Counted from the stretch's first letter, positions 10,285 to 19,569 are shown. The stretch is 64,000 nt of DNA from an uncultured delta proteobacterium (GCA_963726395.1 CAVSCG010000032.1:26777-90776); one strand, 5' to 3'. Numbers and translations are program-made. Notes: a model not told the origin generated them from the sequence alone.

Positions 10285-10494
10285 ATGAAACGATATACGG
10301 CAGTCATTGAAAAATGTTCCGATACAGGTTTGTATGTCGGCTTTGTTCCGGGGTTTCCCGGAGCACACACCCAGGCGGAAACCCTGGACGAATTGCAAAG
10401 AAATCTCCAGGAAGTGATCGAAATGTTCTTGGAAGATGGCGAACCAACTCTGGAGACCGAATTTATCGGGACGCAAACCATCATGGTGAATTGA
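10285..10494 (+). CDS. hicB: HicB-family antitoxin (UPF0150)
   Basis: 69 aa, MKRYTAVIEKCSDTGLYVGFVPGFPGAHTQAETLDELQRNLQEVIEMFLEDGEP, a typical HicB N-terminal fold sequence. SD AAGGAGAG lies 7 nt upstream. Confidence 0.8.
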   Translation: MKRYTAVIEKCSDTGLYVGFVPGFPGAHTQAETLDELQRNLQEVIEMFLEDGEPTLETEFIGTQTIMVN

Positions 10495-10550
10495 TAGAGT
10501 CTGCCAAAGATATTCATCTAACCATCGAAGAATTCTTGTCACATAAATAG
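10482..10550 (+). pseudogene. Possible 3' remnant of a hicA toxin gene
   Basis: The frame overlapping the hicB stop reads ...GELIESAKDIHLTIEEFLSHK*. This resembles the conserved HicA C-terminus (...ILRQAGLSVEEFLEL). No N-terminal HicA sequence is present. Confidence 0.3.
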
Positions 10551-10604
10551 TCAGTAGCAATTTGCCAGTTTATTTTAACAGTAGCGGATGTGTATTATCC
10601 CTTT

Positions 10605-13078
10605 TCAGACCAGGATGGTTTTTGTTTTGATCACATAAACCTGCTGCGCCTGATCCGCGGGAAAGCCCAGAATGTGCTGGGTGATGTCAATGGGACGGGC
10701 AGAGCCGGCCTGGGCATGGCGCAGGGTCGTTGTCACTTTTTTTCTCCGGCGTTCAATGTTATTGCCTCGACAAAGGGGCGGATATCTCGGGTGACGGTTT
10801 TTCCCTTGGATTGCCTGGAAATAGGGAATGACTTTGCGGCCAGAAAATTTTCAATGCTGTCCGCGATGTTTTTCAGTTTTTCCTCATCCGTCTCCGCCGG
10901 GAGAATCAGGTCGTAAGCAAAGCCGTAAAGTGACTTGGCCAGGTCTTTTGCAATATAAGAAAGTAATTGTATGTCCGTTATCGCCATACCCTCGGGTAGG
11001 GCGGCATTGATCTCATTTTTCAGCAAAGACAAGTCTTTCGGATACTCCAGGGCGGTGACGTCCAGATATTCCTGATGGCTTGCCATTCCCACCGACGTGG
11101 CGGTGGCAAAAGATATTTTCGGATGCGGGTGAAAACCCGCTGAATAGGCCAGTGAAAGGGAACTGCGGCGCAGGGCGCGGGTGAGTGCCATGGCCAGTTC
11201 CAGATGGGATAAAAACCGCGTGCGACCGGTTTTGGCAAAGCTCAGACGATACACTTTTTCAGGGGCCGTCGTTGGCTTGATTTTTTCCTGCGCCGCCGCC
11301 GCGCCAAGAGCTTTGTCCGAAAAAATATTTTTTGTGTCTACAAAATCACACACGCCGCAATCCTGGCAGGCGTCGTAGCGGCAATCCGGTGTGGCCTTCT
11401 GTGCATCGGCTTTTTGTCTTTCCGAAAGCAGAAAGTCCCGGCTCACGCCGCAGTCGATGTTGTCCCAGGGCAGAGGCTTAGTCGTTGCGCGTTCGCGCAA
11501 ATAATCGTCAACATTTATTCCCGTTTCCTCTATGGCTTCCTGCCAGAGATCAAAACGGAATATTTCACCCCAGCCGTCAAAACGGCAGCCTTTCCGGTAA
11601 GCGCATAAAAGCAGGTCTCCGATTTTTTCATCGCCTCTGAGAAAACAGGCCTTCCAGCAGACTCATCCGGGCGTCATGCCATTTGACGGTGAGATTGCGG
11701 TTATTCATTCTTTGACGGATAAAATTCTGTCGGGCGTACGTTTCCTCAAGCGACAGCTGTTTTTCCCACTGGAAGGGTGTGTGCGGCTTGGGAACAAAGG
11801 TCGAAAGGCTGATGGTGACCTGGCCGCGGTGACGGGCCGCGCGCAGCGCCTGATAACCCAGATCAATGATGCCGGCCAGATCGCTTTCTTCTTCATGCGG
11901 CAGACCAATCATGAAATACAGCTTGATGGATTTCCAGCCGGCGGTAAAGACTTTATCCACCGACGCCAGTAAATCATCGGCGGTGTTGCCTTTGTTAATC
12001 ACCTGACGCATTTTATCCGTTCCCGCCTCCGGCGCCAGGGTGAAACTGGTTTTGCGCGTGCGCTTGATTTCTTCAATCAGCGTCTCGCTCAGCGACTCGA
12101 CCCGTAACGACGGCAGCGCGAGGGCGACCCGTTCCGTGTAATGTTTTTGCATCAGGTTTTGGATAAGAGGTTCAATGCAGCTGTAGTCTCCGGAACTGAG
12201 CGACAATAGGGAAATTTCATCATGGCCGGTTGCCGCGAGCGCCTGGTCGGCCATGTTCGCAATCAACTGCGCGTTTCTCTCGCGGTAAGGACGCCAGAGC
12301 ATGCCCGCCTGGCAAAACCTACAGCCCCGGGTACAGCCCCGGGCGATTTCCAGCACGATGCGGTCATGGACGGTTTGCATGAGCGGCACAACCGGCGAGA
12401 CAGGATGAGGCCAGGCGTTAAGATCAATTGCTTTTCGCTTTTTGATGGTAGTTTTCTTGCCGTGCATAGCGGGAATATAAATACCATCAATGCCCGCAAG
12501 CTTTGCGAGTATGGCGTCTCTTTCGAGTTTCTGTTTTTTACCGGCTGCGACGGCGGCAGTAATTTCCGCAACCACTTCTTCGCCTTCGCCGATGACGAAA
12601 GCATCGATGAAAGAGCTAAGCGGCGCGGGGTTGAATGCGCAGGGGCCGCCCGCGATGATCAGGGGGTGATGGTTGAGACGTTCACTGGACTCGAAGCGGG
12701 ATTTCTCCCATATCCAGCATATTGAGCATATTGGTGTAGGACAATTCATATTGCAGCGAAAAACCGATGATGTCGAAATTCGGCCATGGCGCTTGCGGAT
12801 TCAAGCGATGTCAAAGGGAGATGGCGCAAGCGCATCTGGTGCTCCCGATCCGGCCAGGGCGCAAAACAGCGTTCGGCAGCGACGTCGGGCAGTGCGTTTA
12901 AAACGGCATACAGGATCTGCAATCCCAGATGGGACATACCCACTTCATACGTATCGGGAAAGGCCAGCAAAAAGCGCACATTGGGCCTGGCCTTGTGGAT
13001 GGAGTTGACTTCCGCGCCGATATAGCGGCTGGGCTTTTCGGCGCCGGCTAACAGCGCATCAAGAATGTCTTGTGTCAT
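10605..13078 (-). pseudogene. Large radical-SAM protein (B12-binding-like N-domain + radical SAM core + DUF2344-type C-domain), interrupted by four frameshifts
   Basis: The pieces are ORFs 12746..13078, 11628..12749 and 10733..11500, plus unlisted in-frame segments: FDIIGFSLQYELSYTNMLNMLDMGEIPL, GDEKIGDLLLCAYRKGCRFDGWGEIFRFDLWQEAIEETG, and a C-terminal VTTTLRHAQAGSARPIDITQHILGF...ILV* ending at 10605. CX3CX2C is in EIARGCTRGCRFCQAG. Shifts lie near 12776-12780, 12690-12693, 11636-11642 and in the T7 run at 10737-10743. Confidence 0.8.
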
Positions 13079-13111
13079 TATTTACTTTCCGTATTTGTTT
13101 GTGCGCCCGGG

Positions 13112-13460
13112 TTATTCTGCCCGTTCCGGGTAAGGATAAGCCTTGTACTTGAAGGGGTTGAGTCTGATGTCCTTGAGTTGCGACAACGCCATTTTTTTTG
13201 CGAAATTAGGTGAGGACAGATAAGCGAGAGAGTTATTCTTAAAAGTGTCCAGGAGCTCGTGTGCGGATGGATTCTTCATCCTTGTCGTTAACAAAGGATC
13301 TCTCCATTTTGTGCTCATAGGTCAATTCATCGCCCAAAGTATTTTTTACTTTTTGATAGTCGTCCGGCGAGGCAAAAAAAGATTCCAGAACCTCGATTTT
13401 TACCTGAAAAGTCAATTCGACTTTTATCGTGTCTGCGGCAATGCGCCGGGATGAATCCAT
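13112..13460 (-). pseudogene. Hypothetical protein (~115 aa) split by one frameshift, directly upstream of the radical-SAM gene
   Basis: ORFs 13239..13460 and 13112..13318 overlap in different frames and join into one reading frame. I recognise no family. Confidence 0.4.
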
Positions 13461-13566
13461 AACGTTTAGTTTCAGGCCGTTAGGCAGTTGGTGGTTTCGA
13501 TTAATTCCATGCGTTTTCTATTTCCTGCTTTTCTGTTTTCTTAAGGCGTGTTTAACACTTTTATTC

Positions 13567-13595
13567 TTGACCTGCAATGCTAATCCTTTTATAAG
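13567..13595 (+). promoter_or_regulatory. Candidate sigma70 promoter for the YkgJ-like gene
   Basis: TTGACC (13567-13572), 17-nt spacer, TATAAG (13590-13595), 6 nt before ATG 13602 (the transcript would be nearly leaderless). Confidence 0.3.
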
Positions 13596-13601
13596 CCTCT
13601 C

Positions 13602-14420
13602 ATGTCTTCACCTTCGGAAATAATGGTTTTGTGCCAGCCGGACGCCGGTAAATCCTGCGGCGCCTGCTGCGGTCTTTACAACTATGTGGACAGCTCGCGC
13701 GAGGCGCTGACCGCAAGGCTCTCCGCCCGTACGAAACGATTTCGCGAACTGGTTAAATCGCCGGCTGATGTCCAGTTCTATGCTGAATCGACCTTTGCCG
13801 TTGAAGATTTCAGGAAACGATACGAGGTGATTTACTGTTGTGAGTATCTCGGTTTTCTGGATCCCGAAGAAAGAACCGTCGGTTGCCTTGTGCACCCCAT
13901 GCAGAACGACGGCGTCGATATGCGGTCGGTATCATTTTACGGACGGGAGGTCTGCGCCGGGCATCTGTGTCCCAGTCATCATTTTATTCCCCGTTCCCAA
14001 CAACTCATCTTGTTGAAAATCATCGATGATTGGTATCTTTACGGTTTGTGCCTGACGGACATTGATCTGGTCGTCACGTATTTTCGTCTGATAGCCGACC
14101 GGATCGGACAGGAGCTCAAGCCGGACGTATTTGACCAACAAGCGCTGAAGAATATTGCGCTGGAATACTTCCACTGGAAGACAACGTGGCCTTTCCGCGC
14201 AGCGGAGACCAACCGGCTGGGCAAATATTATTTTGATGGATCGCAGTACATGATCAGCCACATTGATTATGAAAAATTCGGCAGGGAAATTTCACCGCTC
14301 AATTCCATATTGCTCAGCCTGTCCTCGGAATTTCATGGTGCGGAAGAACTCACAGCTGCGGAAAATATGATTTGGACCAATATAGAGACCTTTGTATCGT
14401 TGTATTGCGACCTGTTTTGA
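13602..14420 (+). CDS. YkgJ-family (CxxCxxCC) cysteine-cluster protein, extended form
   Basis: N-terminal CGACCG motif, with further Cys/His clusters CCEYLG, GCLVHP and CAGHLCPSHH. At 272 aa it is roughly twice the usual YkgJ length. Confidence 0.55.
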   Translation: MSSPSEIMVLCQPDAGKSCGACCGLYNYVDSSREALTARLSARTKRFRELVKSPADVQFYAESTFAVEDFRKRYEVIYCCEYLGFLDPEERTVGCLVHPMQNDGVDMRSVSFYGREVCAGHLCPSHHFIPRSQQLILLKIIDDWYLYGLCLTDIDLVVTYFRLIADRIGQELKPDVFDQQALKNIALEYFHWKTTWPFRAAETNRLGKYYFDGSQYMISHIDYEKFGREISPLNSILLSLSSEFHGAEELTAAENMIWTNIETFVSLYCDLF

Positions 14421-14427
14421 TTTTTTA

Positions 14428-14457
14428 TTGACAGGTAGAAGAAAACTTGAGTAATAT
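14428..14457 (+). promoter_or_regulatory. Candidate sigma70 promoter for hpt
   Basis: TTGACA (14428-14433), 18-nt spacer, TAATAT (14452-14457). Confidence 0.45.
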
Positions 14458-14494
14458 CTGTCATCAGCTACATGACAATAAGGAGCGCCCCGAT

Positions 14495-15025
14495 ATGTCC
14501 ACGTCATCGAAGGAAATTCTCATCCGCCGGTCTGAAATAGCCAGGCGTGTGCAGGAATTGGCCGATGAGATTTCCCGTGACTATGCGGGGGGCGAAATAC
14601 TGATGATTGGCGTTCTCAAGGGCGCTTTTATTTTTATGGCGGACCTGGTACGGGCGATGTCCATTTCCTGCCAGACGGATTTTATCCGGGCGGCCAGTTA
14701 TGGCGCCTGGTCTGAAAGTTCGGGCAATATTGTCATTACCAAGGATGTGGAACTGGCCATTGAAGGCCGGGATATTCTGATCGTGGAGGATATCATCGAT
14801 ACCGGTTTGACGTTACGGCATATTGTTGATACGCTAAAACTTAGAAATCCGAAATCCATAAAAGTCTGCACCTTTCTGGACAAGCGAGAAAGAAGGAAAA
14901 TTCCCTTTGAGGCGGATTATGTCGGTTTTACAATGGATGATGGTTTTATCGTCGGCTATGGTTTGGATTTCAGCGAACAGTATCGCTTTTTGCCGGATGT
15001 TTATGTGATTTCAACCAAAGGTTGA
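14495..15025 (+). CDS. hpt: Hypoxanthine phosphoribosyltransferase
   Basis: GVLKGAFIFMADL and the PRPP loop ILIVEDIIDTGLTL. ATG 14495 lies 9 nt after AAGGAG. The ORF-track start at 14447 is a TTG inside the promoter. Confidence 0.9.
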   Translation: MSTSSKEILIRRSEIARRVQELADEISRDYAGGEILMIGVLKGAFIFMADLVRAMSISCQTDFIRAASYGAWSESSGNIVITKDVELAIEGRDILIVEDIIDTGLTLRHIVDTLKLRNPKSIKVCTFLDKRERRKIPFEADYVGFTMDDGFIVGYGLDFSEQYRFLPDVYVISTKG

Positions 15026-15046
15026 CCAGGGAAAAGAGGGAGATCA

Positions 15047-16048
15047 ATGATCGTACAATGCAAGCAGTGCCGGACAAAATTCCGTTTTGATGATGCTCAA
15101 ATGGAAGGTGACGGTTTGTGGATGCGTTGCAGCCGTTGCCAGCATGTTTTCTTTCAGGATAATCCATTGAACATAAAGGCGTCGGCCGTCACGCCACAAG
15201 CGTCGCCTACTTTTTCAAAAGAAATCCCGCCGGAAAAAACAACCGGTCGATTATCCTTTGAGCCGGCTGCTGTAGCGCGTGGTGGAGCCACTCCGGATGA
15301 AGATTTAACCAACTCCCCTGATGATGTCATGACTCCCGAAAAAATCGCAGAAGACGAATCAAAACCGGAATTCAAGCCAGAGAAAATGACAGGGGTGCTC
15401 CCTACGGAGATGGAATTACGACCGGGGTCTGAAAACCGCGATGAGACGGACGAATCCCTGGAAGCTTCTGATGAAACACCGGCGCCCCCGGCTCGTAAGA
15501 AAAGAAGCCGGCTGTGGATGTTTGCGCTTTGGACAATTCTGGTCATTATTGTGATACCGGCCATCGTATATTTTGTCGTTTTCCCACAGCGGGGCGAACG
15601 TTTAATACAGATTGCCCAGAAGTATATTGGAATTTCACAACAGGCAGAGGGTCAGTCTGTGAAAGGGCAAGTCAAAATTCAGGATATCCGGCAGCGGGTG
15701 ATTAATAATTACATTCTGGGTAATATCCGAATTATAGAAGGAACTGCGGTCAATCAGGCGGATTTTTCCATCGCCCGCATACTGGTTAAAGCGCAGATCC
15801 TGGATGCCTATGCGGTTGTACTGGGCGAGCGGGAGAGTTTTGCGGGAAATGTTCTGACCGATGAAGAGCTTACCAACATGTCCGAAGAAGAAATCTTACA
15901 AAGACTATCCTTGACGGAAGGCCGCGACAATTTAAATGAACGGGTGATTCCCAACGGGAGTATCCCTTTTATGATTGTTTTCACACGGGATCCGCCGGGC
16001 GGCATTAAAACAACGGTCATCATCTCTGGCGCAGAGCGCCTGCTTTAG
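15047..16048 (+). CDS. MJ0042-type zinc-ribbon protein with TM helix and DUF3426-like C-terminal domain
   Basis: N-terminus MIVQCKQCRTKFRFDD...MRCSRCQHVFF (two CxxC pairs). An acidic/Pro-rich linker follows, then one TM (LWMFALWTILVIIVIPAIVYFVV) and a beta-rich C-domain. Confidence 0.7.
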   Translation: MIVQCKQCRTKFRFDDAQMEGDGLWMRCSRCQHVFFQDNPLNIKASAVTPQASPTFSKEIPPEKTTGRLSFEPAAVARGGATPDEDLTNSPDDVMTPEKIAEDESKPEFKPEKMTGVLPTEMELRPGSENRDETDESLEASDETPAPPARKKRSRLWMFALWTILVIIVIPAIVYFVVFPQRGERLIQIAQKYIGISQQAEGQSVKGQVKIQDIRQRVINNYILGNIRIIEGTAVNQADFSIARILVKAQILDAYAVVLGERESFAGNVLTDEELTNMSEEEILQRLSLTEGRDNLNERVIPNGSIPFMIVFTRDPPGGIKTTVIISGAERLL

Positions 16049-16077
16049 CTCGTAGCTCATAGCTTCGTAGCTCGTAG
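16046..16077. repeat. Tandem heptamer repeat TAGCTCR x4 (copy 1)
   Basis: TAGCTCG TAGCTCA TAGCTTCG TAGCTCG TAG, starting at the stop codon of the preceding gene. The 18-mer TAGCTCGTAGCTCATAGC recurs at 36690-36707. Confidence 0.5.
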
Positions 16078-16141
16078 GGCACCCGACTGTTCCCTGGTCT
16101 GGTGATTTGATTTAGAACCGGAAAAATAAAGGTAAAATATT

Positions 16142-17020
16142 TTGAGATACGAAGGAAATATTTTCCGGCCCTTCAGTGAGGCCAATAGCTATCTGCTTCA
16201 GTGCACCGTCGGTTGTTCCCATAATCAGTGTACATTTTGCGGTATGTATAAGGACGCGAAGTATCGCGTGCGACTGACCGCCGAGATTTTGGAAGATATT
16301 CGCATGGCCAAAGATTACTACGGCGACCTGGAAAAAGTATTCCTGTGCGACGGTGATGCGATTGCCATCGAGACAGACACTCTGCTTACAATCATCGGTA
16401 AGCTTTATTCAACCTTTCCCTCCTTGCGTCATGTCGGCAGCTATGTGGGGCCGCAAAGTACCTTATCGAAATCGCCTGCGGAATTGCGCAAGCTCAGAAA
16501 GGCCGGTCTGACGAAAGCTTATATCGGTGTGGAGACTGGCGATGACGAATTGCTGAAGAAAATTAAAAAAGGCGTAGGATATGATGAGATGCTTCAAGCC
16601 GGCCAGCGTCTGGTGGAAGCCGATATTAATTTATCCGCCATGGTTCTGCTCGGCCTGGCGGGCCCGGGTGAGGCCTCAGTTCGTCATGCGCTGGCTACGG
16701 CCAGAATCTGTAATGAGATGAAACCCCAGTATCTGGCCGCCCTGACCGTTACCCCTGTGCCGGGAACGGTTCTCTATCGTCAGGTGCAGAAAGGCGAATT
16801 TCAGTTGCTGGATCCTTTTGAAACCCTGGCCGAGATGAAGCAGATTTTCGAAAATATAACAATGGACCATCTGAAATTTGTCGGCACGCACGCATCCAAC
16901 TATCTGCCCATTACCGGTACACTGCAGAAAGACAAACAAAAAATGATTGCTTTGGTGGATAAGGTTCTGTCTGGCCGGGATGAAAAACTGCTGCGGCCGG
17001 ATCACATGCGCGGCCTGTAA
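16142..17020 (+). CDS. Radical SAM protein (Elp3-like domain), unknown substrate
   Basis: LLQCTVGCSHNQCTFCGMY cluster, read as C-x4-C-x2-C. GDA and GVETG motifs. TTG start. Confidence 0.7.
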   Translation: MRYEGNIFRPFSEANSYLLQCTVGCSHNQCTFCGMYKDAKYRVRLTAEILEDIRMAKDYYGDLEKVFLCDGDAIAIETDTLLTIIGKLYSTFPSLRHVGSYVGPQSTLSKSPAELRKLRKAGLTKAYIGVETGDDELLKKIKKGVGYDEMLQAGQRLVEADINLSAMVLLGLAGPGEASVRHALATARICNEMKPQYLAALTVTPVPGTVLYRQVQKGEFQLLDPFETLAEMKQIFENITMDHLKFVGTHASNYLPITGTLQKDKQKMIALVDKVLSGRDEKLLRPDHMRGL

Positions 17021-17110
17021 AGAACGATCTCTCCTGTATCCATTTATTCCAATCCATTGCAATTTCCATCGAGTGTAGGGGATGATCAGGATTTTTGCCA
17101 GGTTGATAAT

Positions 17111-17425
17111 TTAAAATAACTTGAACCAACTATAAGGTTTTCGATTATTTAAATAATTTTTGTTGTGATCATTTTGATAGGCTTCTTTTTCAAAGGCAAT
17201 GTTCCGGTAGGCGTTTCCTTTACAAAGTAATCGAATCAACCATTCAATCAGATACCAGAGATAAAAGAAGACAAATAACATTTCTTTCATTTGCGCTGTG
17301 TGGATGGCTTCGTGATTAACTGTTCGGTAAGAAAGTTTTATGCCTTTCGGTGCGAACAATATTCCGAAAAGATTGATGGCGGCAAATCGACGCAGAGGAA
17401 TCATCTTAGTGAAAATAATTTTCAT
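17111..17425 (-). CDS. Small hypothetical membrane protein with HExxH motif
   Basis: 104 aa with NHEAIHTAQ (HEAIH) followed by a hydrophobic helix. AT-rich. Its ATG overlaps the stop of the FAH gene by 4 nt. Confidence 0.45.
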   Translation of the reverse strand: MKIIFTKMIPLRRFAAINLFGILFAPKGIKLSYRTVNHEAIHTAQMKEMLFVFFYLWYLIEWLIRLLCKGNAYRNIAFEKEAYQNDHNKNYLNNRKPYSWFKLF

Positions 17426-18228
17426 GTCTCTGCGACAACCCGATTTGTCAGGGTTCCGATCTTTTCAATTTCGACGCTGACCACATCGCCATCTCTGAGA
17501 AACAAGGGCGGCTGGCGCGTAAATCCGACGCCTTCCGGTGTGCCGGTCAAAATCACCGTGCCGGGCAGAAGCGTCATCGATCGGCTCAGGTTACTGATGA
17601 TGTCTGAAATGTTGAAAATCATCTCCGATGTTCGGGATTCCTGAACGGTCTGATCGTTGAGCACACAACGAATGCCCAGATCATTGGGATTGCCGATTTC
17701 ATCCTTCGTAACAATCCAGGGGCCGAGCGGGCAGAAGGTGTCAAAGCTTTTTCCTCTGGCCCACTGTCCCTTCTGTTTTTCAAATTGCCAGTCTCGCGCG
17801 CTTACGTCGTTCGCGCAGGTATAGCCCAGTATATAGTCCATGGCTTCCTGGGGCGAAATGTTTTTTGCTTTCTTTCCGATTAGGACAGCCAGTTCCGCCT
17901 CATAGTCCACAGAATCAGCCCCCGCATCAGGCAGGACAATGGATTCCTCGTGTCCAATGATACTGCTGGTTGCCTTGATAAACAAGATCGGCTGATCCGG
18001 ATAGGACATCGCGGTTTCATCGCCGTGTTTTTTGTAGTTAATGCCCAGCGCCAGAATGTTGACCGGTACGACGGGAGGAAGCAATTGCCTGATCTTCGCT
18101 TCTTCGGCGGTGAATTTGGAAGAGCCCCAAAGATCGCCTTCGATGATTTTTGCTGAATCGGGATGGTCTGAAGAGTAAACACCATAAAATATATCCTGAT
18201 GTTCTGAAATAAAACGGATGATTTTCAT
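17422..18228 (-). CDS. Fumarylacetoacetate hydrolase family protein
   Basis: Typical FAH-fold C-terminal domain: YEAELAVLIGK, GKSFDTFCPLGPWIVT, LLPGTVILTGTPEGVG. Confidence 0.85.
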   Translation of the reverse strand: MKIIRFISEHQDIFYGVYSSDHPDSAKIIEGDLWGSSKFTAEEAKIRQLLPPVVPVNILALGINYKKHGDETAMSYPDQPILFIKATSSIIGHEESIVLPDAGADSVDYEAELAVLIGKKAKNISPQEAMDYILGYTCANDVSARDWQFEKQKGQWARGKSFDTFCPLGPWIVTKDEIGNPNDLGIRCVLNDQTVQESRTSEMIFNISDIISNLSRSMTLLPGTVILTGTPEGVGFTRQPPLFLRDGDVVSVEIEKIGTLTNRVVAET

Positions 18229-18276
18229 TCGGTCTCCTTATTTAATTATTATTAGCCGGCGCGACCATTTTCTACT

Positions 18277-19569
18277 TTACCATAGTTCCTTTTCCAGGAT
18301 TTCATTGAATTTTAAAAATACTTTGCGGTCGCTTAAAATGGACGTATGGTCGCAGTCGAAAGCGAAGGTCTCGACGGCGCAGGTGATGGCCCGATCATCC
18401 GTGGCTTTACTTCCGCAGTGTTTGTCATTTTTCCCGTAGAAAATATAATGTCTGACGTTCGGTGGCAGCCTGTCTTCCAGTGTGGTTTTGATGAAAGGAC
18501 TTTGCGTTCCCAGATCCACCCAGACAGGAATGCTTTTGTGGATCAGAATCTGCGAGGCATCGGCGACGCCGAATCCGCTCCAGGGCGTGGCAAATGTCAC
18601 AAACAGCTTTATAAAATTATTTTGATTATCGGAAGCAAAGCGGGTCAGGAATGACCGGGTTGTCAGGCCGCCTACGCTATGGGCGACAATACCCATTTTC
18701 TGGAAGCCGTACTTTTTCTGTAGCTCCCGCAGCTCTTCATTGAGCAGGGCTGCGGCGAGAGTCAGACGAATTCCCGATGGATAGTAAAAGAACCAGGGCT
18801 GATAACGGCTCTGGTCCAACCGCATATAAAGATATATCCAGTTCTGCGGGCTACCTTCCGTGCCGTGAATAAAGAGGATAGGAATTTTACGGGGGTTGTA
18901 TTCTTCAGCCAGGTAGATGTGCGCGCCAAATACCTTCATAAAGGACGATGGATGCCAGTAGCCTGTCTGCGCGTTTTCAGGCGAAAAATATTCATGGTAA
19001 ATTTTTAATACCTGGCCGTTGTGCGTGATTTGTTTGACAACATCCTGTTTCTTTTTGAGGGCGGATTCCAGAGAAAAATTTGTTTGATTGCTGTTGGGTC
19101 TGGCGGTTCGGATCACGACGTCGGTGATCAGTTCGTTTTCACGAATGGATATTTCTTTTGGAGAGAAGAATGATCCATATACTCCGGATATTTCGTCATT
19201 CTCGTATATTCCGTTATGGTTGTGGTCTGCGATGGTGTATAATTGATAGCGACCCTGGGGCAGGTAAAGCATGAATGCACCGGAGTTGTTGACGGCCAGA
19301 TATTCGGCCAATTCTCCGCTGACGTCCGCCGGGCGATGCGCGATGATGAGTGTGGAAACGTTGCCCTTGTCGGCGCCGGTAATCCGGCCTTTAATCACCG
19401 CGGAGTTATAAACCGGCGCGTTGTTGTCCCCTTTTGGATTAATCGTTTTTGACGCAACATCATCCTTCTCGGGGATGCTCAGATAACTGCAACTCACTAG
19501 GCTAGGCAGCATCAGACAGGCCAGCGCAATTATCCCCAGCAATCTTAAATAATCTGTTTGCCTGTTCAT
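18277..19569 (-). CDS. Lipoprotein alpha/beta-hydrolase (lipase/esterase-like) with N-terminal beta-sandwich domain
   Basis: Signal peptide plus lipobox (LVSCS). Oxyanion motif FIHGTEG, nucleophile elbow AHSVGG, C-terminal DCDH. Confidence 0.65.
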   Translation of the reverse strand: MNRQTDYLRLLGIIALACLMLPSLVSCSYLSIPEKDDVASKTINPKGDNNAPVYNSAVIKGRITGADKGNVSTLIIAHRPADVSGELAEYLAVNNSGAFMLYLPQGRYQLYTIADHNHNGIYENDEISGVYGSFFSPKEISIRENELITDVVIRTARPNSNQTNFSLESALKKKQDVVKQITHNGQVLKIYHEYFSPENAQTGYWHPSSFMKVFGAHIYLAEEYNPRKIPILFIHGTEGSPQNWIYLYMRLDQSRYQPWFFYYPSGIRLTLAAALLNEELRELQKKYGFQKMGIVAHSVGGLTTRSFLTRFASDNQNNFIKLFVTFATPWSGFGVADASQILIHKSIPVWVDLGTQSPFIKTTLEDRLPPNVRHYIFYGKNDKHCGSKATDDRAITCAVETFAFDCDHTSILSDRKVFLKFNEILEKELW

